Assembly (NCBI GenBank): GCA_964247055.1
Contig: OZ176056.1
Span: 9,052,001 to 9,116,000, forward strand
Direction: 5' to 3'
Length of the DNA: 64,000 nt
Origin: Paragordius varius
Lineage: Eukaryota > Animalia > Nematomorpha
The position numbers and the translations under genes were made by a program. The notes under the pieces were generated by a model. It did not search any database. It saw only the letters and a program-made list of their open reading frames with translations, and had not been told where the DNA came from. This document shows, piece after piece, positions 25,801 through 39,100 of this stretch. Each line of letters starts with the position of its first letter. Within the stretch, counting starts at the first letter, position 1.

Positions 25801-28800
25801 CCGAACTGGGGGCCTATATCAAAAAACGGGCGAAGCTATTGTCGAGGCATTCATTCAATATTATATTTTTTCGATGTTTGGATTTGAATGGGTCTACCGG
25901 TTTTATTGTAGCAGATCACAAAGCCAGCGTTTTCCATTTTTATAAATATATGGATTACTATAAATAATGTTTTGTTATCCATATATATTTTAACATCCTA
26001 TACATATGATAGATACTCCTTACTCAGCAGCTATCATCAAAGAAACGTTTGACTAAAGTTTTTGCCTTTTAAGAGGGAATACTAAAAATCCTTATCGAAT
26101 TTTTACAGTCTCATACCTTGGGCAGAAAAACAATCAAAAAATTATTTTTGTGGACTTTGTTTTTTTTGAAAAAGGTGGCATTTTACGGGGGGAGCGGGTA
26201 AAAAGAGGGACTAAGATAAAAACGTGAGTCGACTATGTTCAGCACGATCGAAAATAAGAAAATTATATTTGAAATTGGATGGTCCAACATGTTCTCCGGA
26301 AAATTGTCTCAAAGACACGATTTTTGTGGACGTCTGTTTTCAAAAAAACCCATTTTTCACACGGGGTGGGCCCGAACTGGGGGCCTATTTCAAAAACACG
26401 GGCGAAGCTATTGACGGGGCATTCATTCAAGATTATATTTTTTCGATGTTTGTATTTGAATGTGTCTACCGGTTTTCCTGTAGCAGATCACAAAGCCAGC
26501 ATTTTCCATTTTTATAATTATAGATTACTATAAATAATGTTTTATTATCCATATATTTTTCAACATCCTATACATATGATAGATACTCCTTACTCAGCAG
26601 CTATCATCAAAGAAACGCTTGACTAAAGTTTTTGCCTTTTAAGAGGGAATACTAAAAATCCTTATCGAATTTTTACAGTCTCATACCTTGGGCAGAAAAA
26701 CAATCAAAAAATTATTTTTGTGGACTTTGTTTTTTTTGAAAAAGGTGGCATTTTACGGGGGGAGCGGGTAAAAAGAGGCTCTAAATCAAAAAAGTGAGTC
26801 GACTATGTTCAGCGCGATCGAAAATAAGAAAATTATATTTGAAATTGGATGGTCCAACACGTTCTCCGGAAAATTGTCTCAAAGACACGATTTTTGTGGA
26901 CTTCTGTTTTCAAAAAAAACCGTTTTTCACACGGAGTGAGCCCGAACTAGGGGCCTATTTCAAAAAACGGGCGAAGCTATTGTCGGGGCATTCATTCAAG
27001 ATTATATTTTTTCGATGTTTGGATTTGAATGGGTCTACCGGTTTTCCTGTAGCAGACACAAAGCCAGCATTTTCCATTTTTATAAATTATAGATTACTAT
27101 AAATAATGTTTTATTATCCATATATCTAACATCCTATACATATGATAGATACTCCTGACTCAGCAGCTATCATCAAAGAAACGCTTGACTAAAATTTTTG
27201 CCTTTTAAGAGGGAATACTAAAAATCCTTATCGAATTTTTACAGTCTCATACCTTAGGCAGAAAAACAATCAAAAAATTATTTTTGTGGACTTTGTTTTT
27301 TTTTGAAAAAGGTGGCATTTTACGGGGGGAGCGGGTAAAAAGAGGGACTAAGTTAAAAAAGCTAGACGACTATGTTCGGCGCAATCGAAAATAACTAAAT
27401 AAAAATCATATTTGAAATTGAATGGTTCAACACGTTCACCGGAAAATTCTCTCAAAGACACGATGTTTGTGGACGTCTGTTTTCAAAAAAAACCCATTTT
27501 CCACATGGAGTGGGCCCGAACTGGGGGTCTATTTCAAATAACGGGCGAAGCTATTGTCGAGGCATTCATTCAAGATTATATTTTTCGAATGTTTGGATTT
27601 TAATGGGTCTACCGGTTTTCCTGTAGCAGATCACAAAGCCAGCATTTTCCATTTTTATAAATATATAGATTACTATAAATAATGTTTTATTATCCATATA
27701 TCTTTTAACATCCTATACATATGATAGATACTCCTTACTCAGCAGCTATCATCAAAGAAACGGTGTACTAAAATTTTTACCTTTTAACAGGGAATACGTG
27801 GAATCCATATTGAATTTTTACGGTCTCATACCTTAGGCAGAAAAACAATCAAAAAATTATTTTTGTGGACTTTGTTTTTTTTTGAAAAAGGTGGCATTTT
27901 ACGGGGGGAGCGGGTAAAAAGAGGGACTAAGTTAAAAAAGCTAGACGACTATGTTCGGCGCAATCGAAAATAACTAAATAAAAATCATATTTGAAATTGA
28001 ATGGTCCAACACGTTCACCGGAAAATTCTCTCAAAGACACGATGTTTGTGGACGTCTGTTTTCAAAAAAACCCATTTTTCACACGGGGTGGGCCCGAACT
28101 GGGGGCCTATTTCAAAAAACGGGCGAGCTATTGTCTGGAAATTCATTCAAGATTATATTTTTTCGATGTTTGGATTTGAATGGGTCTACCGGTTTTCCTG
28201 TAGCAGATCACAAAGCCAGAATTTTCCATTTTTATAAATATATAGATTTCTATAAATAATGTTGTATTATCCATATATCTTTTAACATCCTATCCATATG
28301 ATAGATACTCCTTACTCAGCAGCTATCATCAAAGAAACGGTGGACTAAAATTTTTGCCTTTTAACAGGGAATACGTGGAATCCATATTGAATTTTTACGG
28401 TCTCATACCTTAGGCAAAAAATCGATTAAAAAAATATTTTTGTGGACTTTGTTTTTTTTGAAAAAGGTGGCATTTTACGGGGGGAACGGGTAAAAAGAGG
28501 CCCTAAATCAAAAAAGTGAGTCGACTATGAGCGCGATCGAAAATAAGCAAAAATTATATTTGAAATTGGATGGTCCAACACGTTCTCCGGAAAATTCTCT
28601 CAAAGATACGATGTTTGTGGACGTCTGTTTTCAAAAAAACCCATTTTTCACACGGGGTGGGCCCGAACTGGGGGCCTATTTCAAAAACACGGGCGAAGCT
28701 ATTGACGGGGCATTCATTCAAGATTATATTTTTTCGATGTTTGGATTTGAATGGGTCTACCGGTTTTCCTGTAGCAGATCACAAAGCCAGCATTTTCCAT

Positions 28801-30179
28801 TTTTATAAATATATAGATTTCTATAAATAATGTTTTATTATCCATATATCTTTTAACATCCTATCCATATGATAGATACTCCTTACTCAGCAGCTATCAT
28901 CAAAGAAACGGTGGACTAAAATTTTTGCCTTTTAACAGAGAATACGTGGAATCCATATTAAATTTTTACGGTCTCATACCTTAGGCAAAAAATCGATTAA
29001 AAAAATATTTTTGTAGACTTTGTTTTTTTGAAAAAGGTGGCATTTTACGGGGGGAGCGGGTAAAAAGAGGCCCCAAATCAAAAAAGTGAGTCGACTATGT
29101 TCAGCGCGATCGAAAATAAGCAAAAATTATATTTGAAATTGGATGGTCCAACACGTTCTCCGGAAAATTCTCTCAAAGACACGATGTTTGTGGACGTCTG
29201 TTTTCAAAAAAACCCATTTTTCACACGGGGTGGGCCCGAACTGGGGGCCTATTTCAAAAAACGGGCGAGCTATTGTCTGGGCATTTATTCAAGATTATAT
29301 TTTTTCGATGTTTGGATTTGAATGGGTCTACCGGTTTTCCTGTAGCAGATCACAAAGCCAGCATTTTCCATTTTTATAAATATATAGATTTCTATAAATA
29401 ATGTTGTATTATCCATATATCTTTTAACATCCTATCCATATGATAGATACTCCTTACTCAGCAGCTATCATCAAAGAAACGGTGGACTAAAATTTTTGCC
29501 TTTTAACAGAGAATACGTGGAATCCATATTGAATTTTTCCGGTCTCATACCTTAGGCAAAAAATCGATTAAAAAAATATTTTTGTGGACTTTGTTTTTTT
29601 TGAAAAAGGTGGCATTTTACGGGGGGAGCGCGTAAAAAGAGGCCCTAAATCAAAAAAGTGAGTCGACTAGGTTCAGCGCGATCGAAAATAAGCAAAAATT
29701 ATATTTGAAATTGGATGGTCCAACACGTTCTCCGGAAAATTGTCTCAAAGACACGATTTTTGTGGACGTCTGTTTTCAAAAAAAACCCATTTTTTACACG
29801 GGGTGGGCCCGAACTGGGGGCCTATTTCAAAAAACGGGCGAAGCTATTGTCGGGGCATTTATTCAAGATTATATATTTTCGATGTTTGGATTTGAATGGG
29901 TCTACCGGTTTTCCTGTAGCAGATCACAAAGCCAGCATTTTCCATTTTTATAAATATATAGATTTCTATAAATAATGTTGTATTATCCATATATCTTTTA
30001 ACATCCTATCCATATGATAGATACTCCTTACTCAGCAGCTATCATCAAAGAAACACTGGACTAAAATTTTTGCCTTTTAAGAAGGAATACTAAAAATCCT
30101 TATCGAATTTTTACAGTCTCATACCTTGGGCAGAAAAACAATCATAAAATTATTTTTGTGGACTTGATTTTTTTTGAAA

Positions 30180-33100
30180 AAGGTGGCATTTTACGGGGTA
30201 AGCGGGTAAAAAGAGGCCCTAAATCAAAAAAGTGAGTCGACTATGTTTAGCGCCATCGAAATTAAGAAAATTATATTAGAAATTGGATGGTCCAACACGT
30301 TCTCCGGAAAATTGTCTCAAACGATTTTTATGGACGTCTGTTTTCAAAAAAACCCATTTTTCACACAGGGTGGGCCGGAACTGGGGGCCTATTTTAAAAA
30401 ACGGGCGAAGCTTTTGTCGGGGCATTCATTCAAGATTATATTTTTTCGATATTTGGATTTGAATGGGTCTACCATTTTTCCTGTAGCAGATCACAAAGCC
30501 AGCATTTTCCATTTTTATAAATATATAGATTTCTATAAATAATGTTTTATTATCCATATATCTTTTAACATCCTATACATATGATAGATACTCCTTACTC
30601 AGCAGCTATCATCAAAGAAACGGTGGACTAAAATTTTTGCCTTTTAACAGGGAATACGTGGAATCCCATTGAATTTTTACGGTCTCATACCTTAGGCAAA
30701 AAATCGATTAAAACAATATTTTTGTGGACTTTGTTTTTTTTGAAAAAGGTGGCATTTTACGGGGGGAGCGGGTAAAAAGAGAGACTAAGTTAAAAAAGCG
30801 AGACGACTATGTTCGGCGCAATCGAAAATAACTAAATAAAAATCATATTTGAAATTGAATGGTCCAACACGTTCTCCGGAAAATTGTCTCAAAGACACGA
30901 TTTTTGTGGACGTCTGTTTTCAAAAACACACCCATTTTTCACACGGGGTAGGCCCGAACTGGGGGCCTATTTCAAAAAACGGGCGAAGCTATTGTCGGGG
31001 CATTCATTCAAGATTATATTTTTTCGATGTTTGTATTTGAATGGGTCTACCGGTTTTCCTGTAGCAGATCACAAAGCCAGCATTTTCCATTTTTATAAAT
31101 ATATAGATTTCTATAAATAATGTTTTATTATCCATATATCTTTTAACATCCTATACATATGATAGATACTCCTTACTCAGCAGCTATCGTCAAAGAAACG
31201 CTTGACTAAAATTTTTGCCTTTTAAGAAGGAATACTAAAAATCCTTATCGAATTTTTACAGTCTCATACCTTGAGCAGAAAAACAATCAAAAAATTATTT
31301 TTGTGGACTTGATTTTTTTTGAAAAAGGTGGCATTTTACGGGGTAAGCGGGTAAAAAGAGGCCCTAAATCAAAAAAGTGAGTCGACTATGTTTAGCGCCA
31401 TCGAAATTAAGAAAATTATATTAGAAATTGGATGGTCCAACACGTTCTCCGGAAAATTCTCTCAAACGATTTTTATGGACGTCTGTTTTCATAAAAAACC
31501 CATTTTTCACATGGGGTGGGCCCGAACTGGGGGCCTATTCAAAAAACGGGCGAAGCTATTGTCGGGGCATTCATTCAAGATTATATTTTTTCGATATTTG
31601 GATTTGAATGGGTCTACCATTTTTCCTGTAGCAGATCACAAAGCCAGCATTTTCCATTTTTATAAATATATAGATTTCTATAAATAATGTTTTATTATCC
31701 ATATATCTTTTAACATCCTATACATATGATAGATACTCCTTACTCAGCAGCTATCATCAAAGAAACGGTGGACTAAAATTTTTGCCTTTTAACAGGGAAT
31801 ACGTGGAATCCCATTGAATTTTTACGGTCTCATACCTTAGGCAAAAAATCGATTAAAACAATATTTTTGTGGACTTTGTTTTTTTTGAAAAAGGTGGCAT
31901 TTTACGGGGGGAGCGGGTAAAAAGAGAGACTAAGTTAAAAAAGCGAGACGACTATGTTCGGCGCAATCGAAAATAACTAAATAAAAATCATATTTGAAAT
32001 TGAATGGTCCAACACGTTCTCCGGAAAATTGTCTCAAAGACACGATTTTTGTGGACGTCTGTTTTCAAAAACACACCCATTTTTCACACGGGGTAGGCCC
32101 GAACTGGGGGCCTATTTCAAAAAACGGGCGAAGCTATTGTCGGGGCATTCATTCAAGATTATATTTTTTCGATGTTTGTATTTGAATGGGTCTACCGGTT
32201 TTCCTGTAGCAGATCACAAAGCCAGCATTTTCCATTTTTATAAATATATAGATTTCTATAAATAATGTTTTATTATCCATATATCTTTTAACATCCTATA
32301 CATATGATAGATACTCCTTACTCAGCAGCTATCGTCAAAGAAACGCTTGACTAAAATTTTTGCCTTTTAAGAAGGAATACTAAAAATCCTTATCGAATTT
32401 TTACAGTCTCATACCTTGGGCAGAAAAACAATCAAAAAATTATTTTTGTGGACTTGATTTTTTTTGAAAAAGGTGGCATTTTACGGGGTAAGCGGGTAAA
32501 AAGAGGCCCTAAATCAAAAAAGTGAGTCGACTATGTTTAGCGCCATCGAAATTAAGAAAATTATATTAGAAATTGGATGGTCCAACACGTTCTCCGGAAA
32601 ATTGTCTCAAACGATTTTTATGGACGTCTGTTTTCAAAAAAACCCATTTTTCACACAGGGTGGGCCGGAACTGGGGGCCTATTTTAAAAAACGGGCGAAG
32701 CTTTTGTCGGGGCATTCATTCAAGATTATATTTTTTCGATATTTGGATTTGAATGGGTCTACCATTTTTCCTGTAGCAGATCACAAAGCCAGCATTTTCC
32801 ATTTTTATAAATATATAGATTTCTATAAATAATGTTTTATTATCCATATATCTTTTAACATCCTATACATATGATAGATACTCCTTACTCAGCAGCTATC
32901 ATCAAAGAAACGGTGGACTAAAATTTTTGCCTTTTAACAGGGAATACGTGGAATCCCATTGAATTTTTACGGTCTCATACCTTAGGCAAAAAATCGATTA
33001 AAACAATATTTTTGTGGACTTTGTTTTTTTTGAAAAAGGTGGCATTTTACGGGGGGAGCGGGTAAAAAGAGAGACTAAGTTAAAAAAGCGAGACGACTAT

Positions 33101-36100
33101 GTTCGGCGCAATCGAAAATAACTAAATAAAAATCATATTTGAAATTGAATGGTCCAACACGTTCTCCGGAAAATTGTCTCAAAGACACGATTTTTGTGGA
33201 CGTCTGTTTTCAAAAACACACCCATTTTTCACACGGGGTAGGCCCGAACTGGGGGCCTATTTCAAAAAACGGGCGAAGCTATTGTCGGGGCATTCATTCA
33301 AGATTATATTTTTTCGATGTTTGTATTTGAATGGGTCTACCGGTTTTCCTGTAGCAGATCACAAAGCCAGCATTTTCCATTTTTATAAATATATAGATTT
33401 CTATAAATAATGTTTTATTATCCATATATCTTTTAACATCCTATACATATGATAGATACTCCTTACTCAGCAGCTATCGTCAAAGAAACGCTTGACTAAA
33501 ATTTTTGCCTTTTAAGAAGGAATACTAAAAATCCTTATCGAATTTTTACAGTCTCATACCTTGGGCAGAAAAACAATCAAAAAATTATTTTTGTGGACTT
33601 GATTTTTTTTGAAAAAGGTGGCATTTTACGGGGTAAGCGGGTAAAAAGAGGCCCTAAATCAAAAAAGTGAGTCGACTATGTTTAGCGCCATCGAAATTAA
33701 GAAAATTATATTAGAAATTGGATGGTCCAACACGTTCTCCGGAAAATTCTCTCAAACGATTTTTATGGACGTCTGTTTTCATAAAAAACCCATTTTTCAC
33801 ATGGGGTGGGCCCGAACTGGGGGCCTATTCAAAAAACGGGCGAAGCTATTGTCGGGGCATTCATTCAAGATTATATTTTTTCGATATTTGGATTTGAATG
33901 GGTCTACCATTTTTCCTGTAGCAGATCACAAAGCCAGCATTTTCCATTTTTATAAATATATAGATTTCTATAAATAATGTTTTATTATCCATATATCTTT
34001 TAACATCCTATACATATGATAGATACTCCTTACTCAGCAGCTATCATCAAAGAAACGGTGGACTAAAATTTTTGCCTTTTAACAGGGAATACGTGGAATC
34101 CCATTGAATTTTTACGGTCTCATACCTTAGGCAAAAAATCGATTAAAACAATATTTTTGTGGACTTTGTTTTTTTTGAAAAAGGTGGCATTTTACGGGGG
34201 GAGCGGGTAAAAAGAGAGACTAAGTTAAAAAAGCGAGACGACTATGTTCGGCGCAATCGAAAATAACTAAATAAAAATCATATTTGAAATTGAATGGTCC
34301 AACACGTTCTCCGGAAAATTGTCTCAAAGACACGATTTTTGTGGACGTCTGTTTTCAAAAACACACCCATTTTTCACACGGGGTAGGCCCGAACTGGGGG
34401 CCTATTTCAAAAAACGGGCGAAGCTATTGTCGGGGCATTCATTCAAGATTATATTTTTTCGATGTTTGTATTTGAATGGGTCTACCGGTTTTCCTGTAGC
34501 AGATCACAAAGCCAGCATTTTCCATTTTTATAAATATATAGATTTCTATAAATAATGTTTTATTATCCATATATCTTTTAACATCCTATACATATGATAG
34601 ATACTCCTTACTCAGCAGCTATCGTCAAAGAAACGCTTGACTAAAATTTTTGCCTTTTAAGAAGGAATACTAAAAATCCTTATCGAATTTTTACAGTCTC
34701 ATACCTTGGGCAGAAAAACAATCAAAAAATTATTTTTGTGGACTTGATTTTTTTTGAAAAAGGTGGCATTTTACGGGGTAAGCGGGTAAAAAGAGGCCCT
34801 AAATCAAAAAAGTGAGTCGACTATGTTTAGCGCCATCGAAATTAAGAAAATTATATTAGAAATTGGATGGTCCAACACGTTCTCCGGAAAATTCTCTCAA
34901 ACGATTTTTATGGACGTCTGTTTTCATAAAAAACCCATTTTTCACATGGGGTGGGCCCGAACTGGGGGCCTATTCAAAAAACGGGCGAAGCTATTGTCGG
35001 GGCATTCATTCAAGATTATATTTTTTCGATATTTGGATTTGAATGGGTCTACCATTTTTCCTGTAGCAGATCACAAAGCCAGCATTTTCCATTTTTATAA
35101 ATATATAGATTTCTATAAATAATGTTTTATTATCCATATATCTTTTAACATCCTATACATATGATAGATACTCCTTACTCAGCAGCTATCATCAAAGAAA
35201 CGGTGGACTAAAATTTTTGCCTTTTAACAGGGAATACGTGGAATCCCATTGAATTTTTACGGTCTCATACCTTAGGCAAAAAATCGATTAAAACAATATT
35301 TTTGTGGACTTTGTTTTTTTTGAAAAAGGTGGCATTTTACGGGGGGAGCGGGTAAAAAGAGAGACTAAGTTAAAAAAGCGAGACGACTATGTTCGGCGCA
35401 ATCGAAAATAACTAAATAAAAATCATATTTGAAATTGAATGGTCCAACACGTTCTCCGGAAAATTGTCTCAAAGACACGATTTTTGTGGACGTCTGTTTT
35501 CAAAAACACACCCATTTTTCACACGGGGTAGGCCCGAACTGGGGGCCTATTTCAAAAAACGGGCGAAGCTATTGTCGGGGCATTCATTCAAGATTATATT
35601 TTTTCGATGTTTGTATTTGAATGGGTCTACCGGTTTTCCTGTAGCAGATCACAAAGCCAGCATTTTCCATTTTTATAAATATATAGATTTCTATAAATAA
35701 TGTTTTATTATCCATATATCTTTTAACATCCTATACATATGATAGATACTCCTTACTCAGCAGCTATCGTCAAAGAAACGCTTGACTAAAATTTTTGCCT
35801 TTTAAGAAGGAATACTAAAAATCCTTATCGAATTTTTACAGTCTCATACCTTGGGCAGAAAAACAATCAAAAAATTATTTTTGTGGACTTGATTTTTTTT
35901 GAAAAAGGTGGCATTTTACGGGGTAAGCGGGTAAAAAGAGGCCCTAAATCAAAAAAGTGAGTCGACTATGTTTAGCGCCATCGAAATTAAGAAAATTATA
36001 TTAGAAATTGGATGGTCCAACACGTTCTCCGGAAAATTCTCTCAAACGATTTTTATGGACGTCTGTTTTCATAAAAAACCCATTTTTCACATGGGGTGGG

Positions 36101-36180
36101 CCCGAACTGGGGGCCTATTCAAAAAACGGGCGAAGCTATTGTCGGGGCATTCATTCAAGATTATATTTTTTCGATGTTTG
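30180..36180 (+). repeat. Near-perfect dimer HOR (period 1145 bp, ~5.3 units)
   Basis: B monomers at 30849, 31994, 33139, 34284 and 35429 look identical. A monomers with the CTCAAACGATTTTTATGG deletion start at 30277, 31422, 32567, 33712, 34857 and 36002. Spacing is exactly 1145 bp. Confidence 0.95.
30849..31421 (+). repeat. Representative single monomer (573 bp)
   Basis: Anchor-to-anchor interval 30849 to 31422. Order: TCCGGA block, G-rich GGGG(T)AGGCCCGAACTGGGGG block, ACCGGT block, AT-rich block, CTCCTTACTCAGCAGCTATC, A/T-tract block, ACGGGGTAAGCGGG block, CTATGTT block. Confidence 0.95.
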
Positions 36181-39100
36181 TATTTGAATGGGTCTACCGG
36201 TTTTCCTGTAGCAGATCACAAAGCCAGCATTTTCCATTTTTATAAATATAGATTACTATAAAGTTTTATTATCCATATATCTTTCAACATCCTATACATA
36301 TGATAGATACTCCTTACTCAGCAGCTATCGTCAAAGAAACGCTTGACTAAAATTTTTGCCTTTTAAGAGGGAATACTAAAAATCCTTATCGAATTTTTAC
36401 AGTCTCATACCTTGGGCAGAAAAACAATCAAAAAATTATTTTTGTGGACTTTTTTTTTTTGAAAAAGGTGTCATTTTACGGGGGGAGCGTGTAAAAAGAG
36501 GGACTAAGTTCAAAAAACGATACGACTATGTTCAGCGCGACCGAAAATAAGCAAAAATTATATTTGAAATTGGATGGTCCAACACGTTCTCCGGAAAATT
36601 GTCTAAAAGACACGATTTTTGTGGACGTCTTTTTTCAAAAAAACCCATTTTTCACACGGGGTGGGCCCGAACTGGGGGCCTATTTCAAATAGCGGGTGAA
36701 GCTATTGTCGGGGCATCTATTCAAGATTATATTTTTTCGATGTTTGGATTCGAATGGGTCTACCGGTTTTCCTGTAGCAGATCACAAAGCCAGCATTTTC
36801 CATTTTTATAAATATATAGATTACTATAAATAATGTTTTATTATCCATATATCTTTTAACATCCTATACATATGATAGATACTCCTTATCAGCAGCTATC
36901 ATCAAAGAAACGGTGGACTAAAATTTTTGCCTTTTAACAGGGAATACGTGGAATCCACATTGAATTTTTACGGTCTCATACCTTAGGCAAAAAATCGATT
37001 AAAAAAATATTTTTGTGGACTTTGTTTTTTTTGAAAAAGGTGGCATTTTACGGGGGGAGCGGGTAAAAAGAGAGACTAATTTTAAAAAGCGAGACGACTA
37101 TGTTCGGCGCAATCGAAAATAACTAAATAAAAATTATATTAGAAATTGGATGGTCCAACACGTTCTCCGGAAAATTGTCTCAAAGACACGATTTTTGTGG
37201 ACGTCTGTTTTCAAAAACACACCCATTTTTCACACGGGGTGGGCCCGAACTGGGGGCCTATTTCAAAAAAACGGGCGAAGCTATTGACGGGGCATTCATT
37301 CAAGATTATATTTTTTCGATGTTTGTATTTGAATGGGTCTACCGGTCCTGTAGCAGATCACAAAGCCAGCATTTTCCATTTTTATAAATATAGATTACTA
37401 TAAATAATGTTTTATTATCCATATATCTTTTAACATCCTATACATATGATAGATACTCCTTATCAGCAGCTATCATCAAAGAAACGGTGGACTAAAAATT
37501 TTGCCTTTTAAGAGGGAATACGTGGAATCCACATTGAATTTTTACGGTCTCATACCTTAGGCAAAAAATCGATTAAAAAAATATTTTTGTGGACTTTGTT
37601 TTTTTTTGAAAAAGGTGGCATTTTACGGGGGGAGCGGGTAAAAAGAGGGACTAAGTTAAAAACGCGAGACGACTATGTTCGGCGCAATCGATAATAACTA
37701 AATAAAAATCATATTTGAAATTGAATGGTCCAACACGTTCTCCGGAAAATTCTCTCAAAGACACGATTTTTGTGGACGTCTGTTTTCATAAAAAACCCAT
37801 TTTTCACATGGGGTGGGCCTGAACTGGGGGGCTATTCAAAAAACGGGCGAAGCTATTGTCGGGGCATTCATTCAAGATTATATTTTTTCGATATTTGGAT
37901 TTTAATGGGTCTACCGGTTTTCCTGTAGCAGATCACAAAGCCAGCATTTTCCATTTTTATAAATATAGATTACTATAAATAATGTTTTATTATCCATATA
38001 TCTTTCAACATCCTATACATATGATAGATACTCCTTACTCAGCAGCTATCGTCAAAGAAACGCTTGACTAAAATTTTTGCCTTTTAAGAGGGAATACGTG
38101 GAATCCACATTGAATTTTTACGGTCTCATACCTTAGGCAAAAAATCGATTAAAACAATATTTTTGTGGACTTTGTTTTTTTTGAAAAAGGTGTCATTTTA
38201 CGGGGGAGCGTGTAAAAAGAGGGACTAAGTTCAAAAAACGATACGACTATGTTCAGCGCGACCGAAAATAAGCAAAAATTATATTTGAAATTGGATGGTC
38301 CAACACGTTCTCCGGAAAATTGTCTAAAAGACACGATTTTTGTGGACGTCTTTTTTCAAAAAAAACCCATTTTTCACACGGGGTGGGCCCGAACTGGGGG
38401 CCTATTTCAAAAAACGGGTGAAGCTATTGTCGGGGTATTCATTCAAGATTATATTTTTTCGATGTTTGGATTTGAATGGGTCTACCGGTTTTCCTGTAGC
38501 AGATCATAAAGCCAGCATTTTCCATTTTTATAAATATATAGATTACTATAAATAATGTTTTATTATCCATATATCTTTTAACATCCTATACATATGATAG
38601 ATACTCCTTATCAGCAGCTATCATCAAAGAAACGGTGGACTAAAATTTTTGCCTTTTAACAGGGAATACGTGGAATCCACATTGAATTTTTACGGTCTCA
38701 TACCTTAGGCAAAAAATCGATTAAAAAAATATTTTTGTGGACTTTGTTTTTTTGAAAAAGGTGGCATTTTACGGGGGGAGCGGGTAAAAAGAGGCCCTAA
38801 ATCAAAAAAGTGAGTCGACTATGTTCGGCGCAATCGAAATTAACTAAATAAAAATCATATTTGAAATTGAATGGTCCAACACGTTCTCCCGAAAATTCTC
38901 TCAAAGACACGATTTTTGTGGACGTCTTTTTTCAAAAAAACCCATTTTTCACATGGGGTTGGCCCGAACTGGGGGTCTATTTCAAAAAACGGGCGAAGCT
39001 ATTGTCGGGGCATTCATTCAAGATTATATTTTTTCGATATTTGGATTTTAATGGGTCTACCGGTTTTCCTGTAGCAGATCACAAAGCCAGCATTTTCCAT

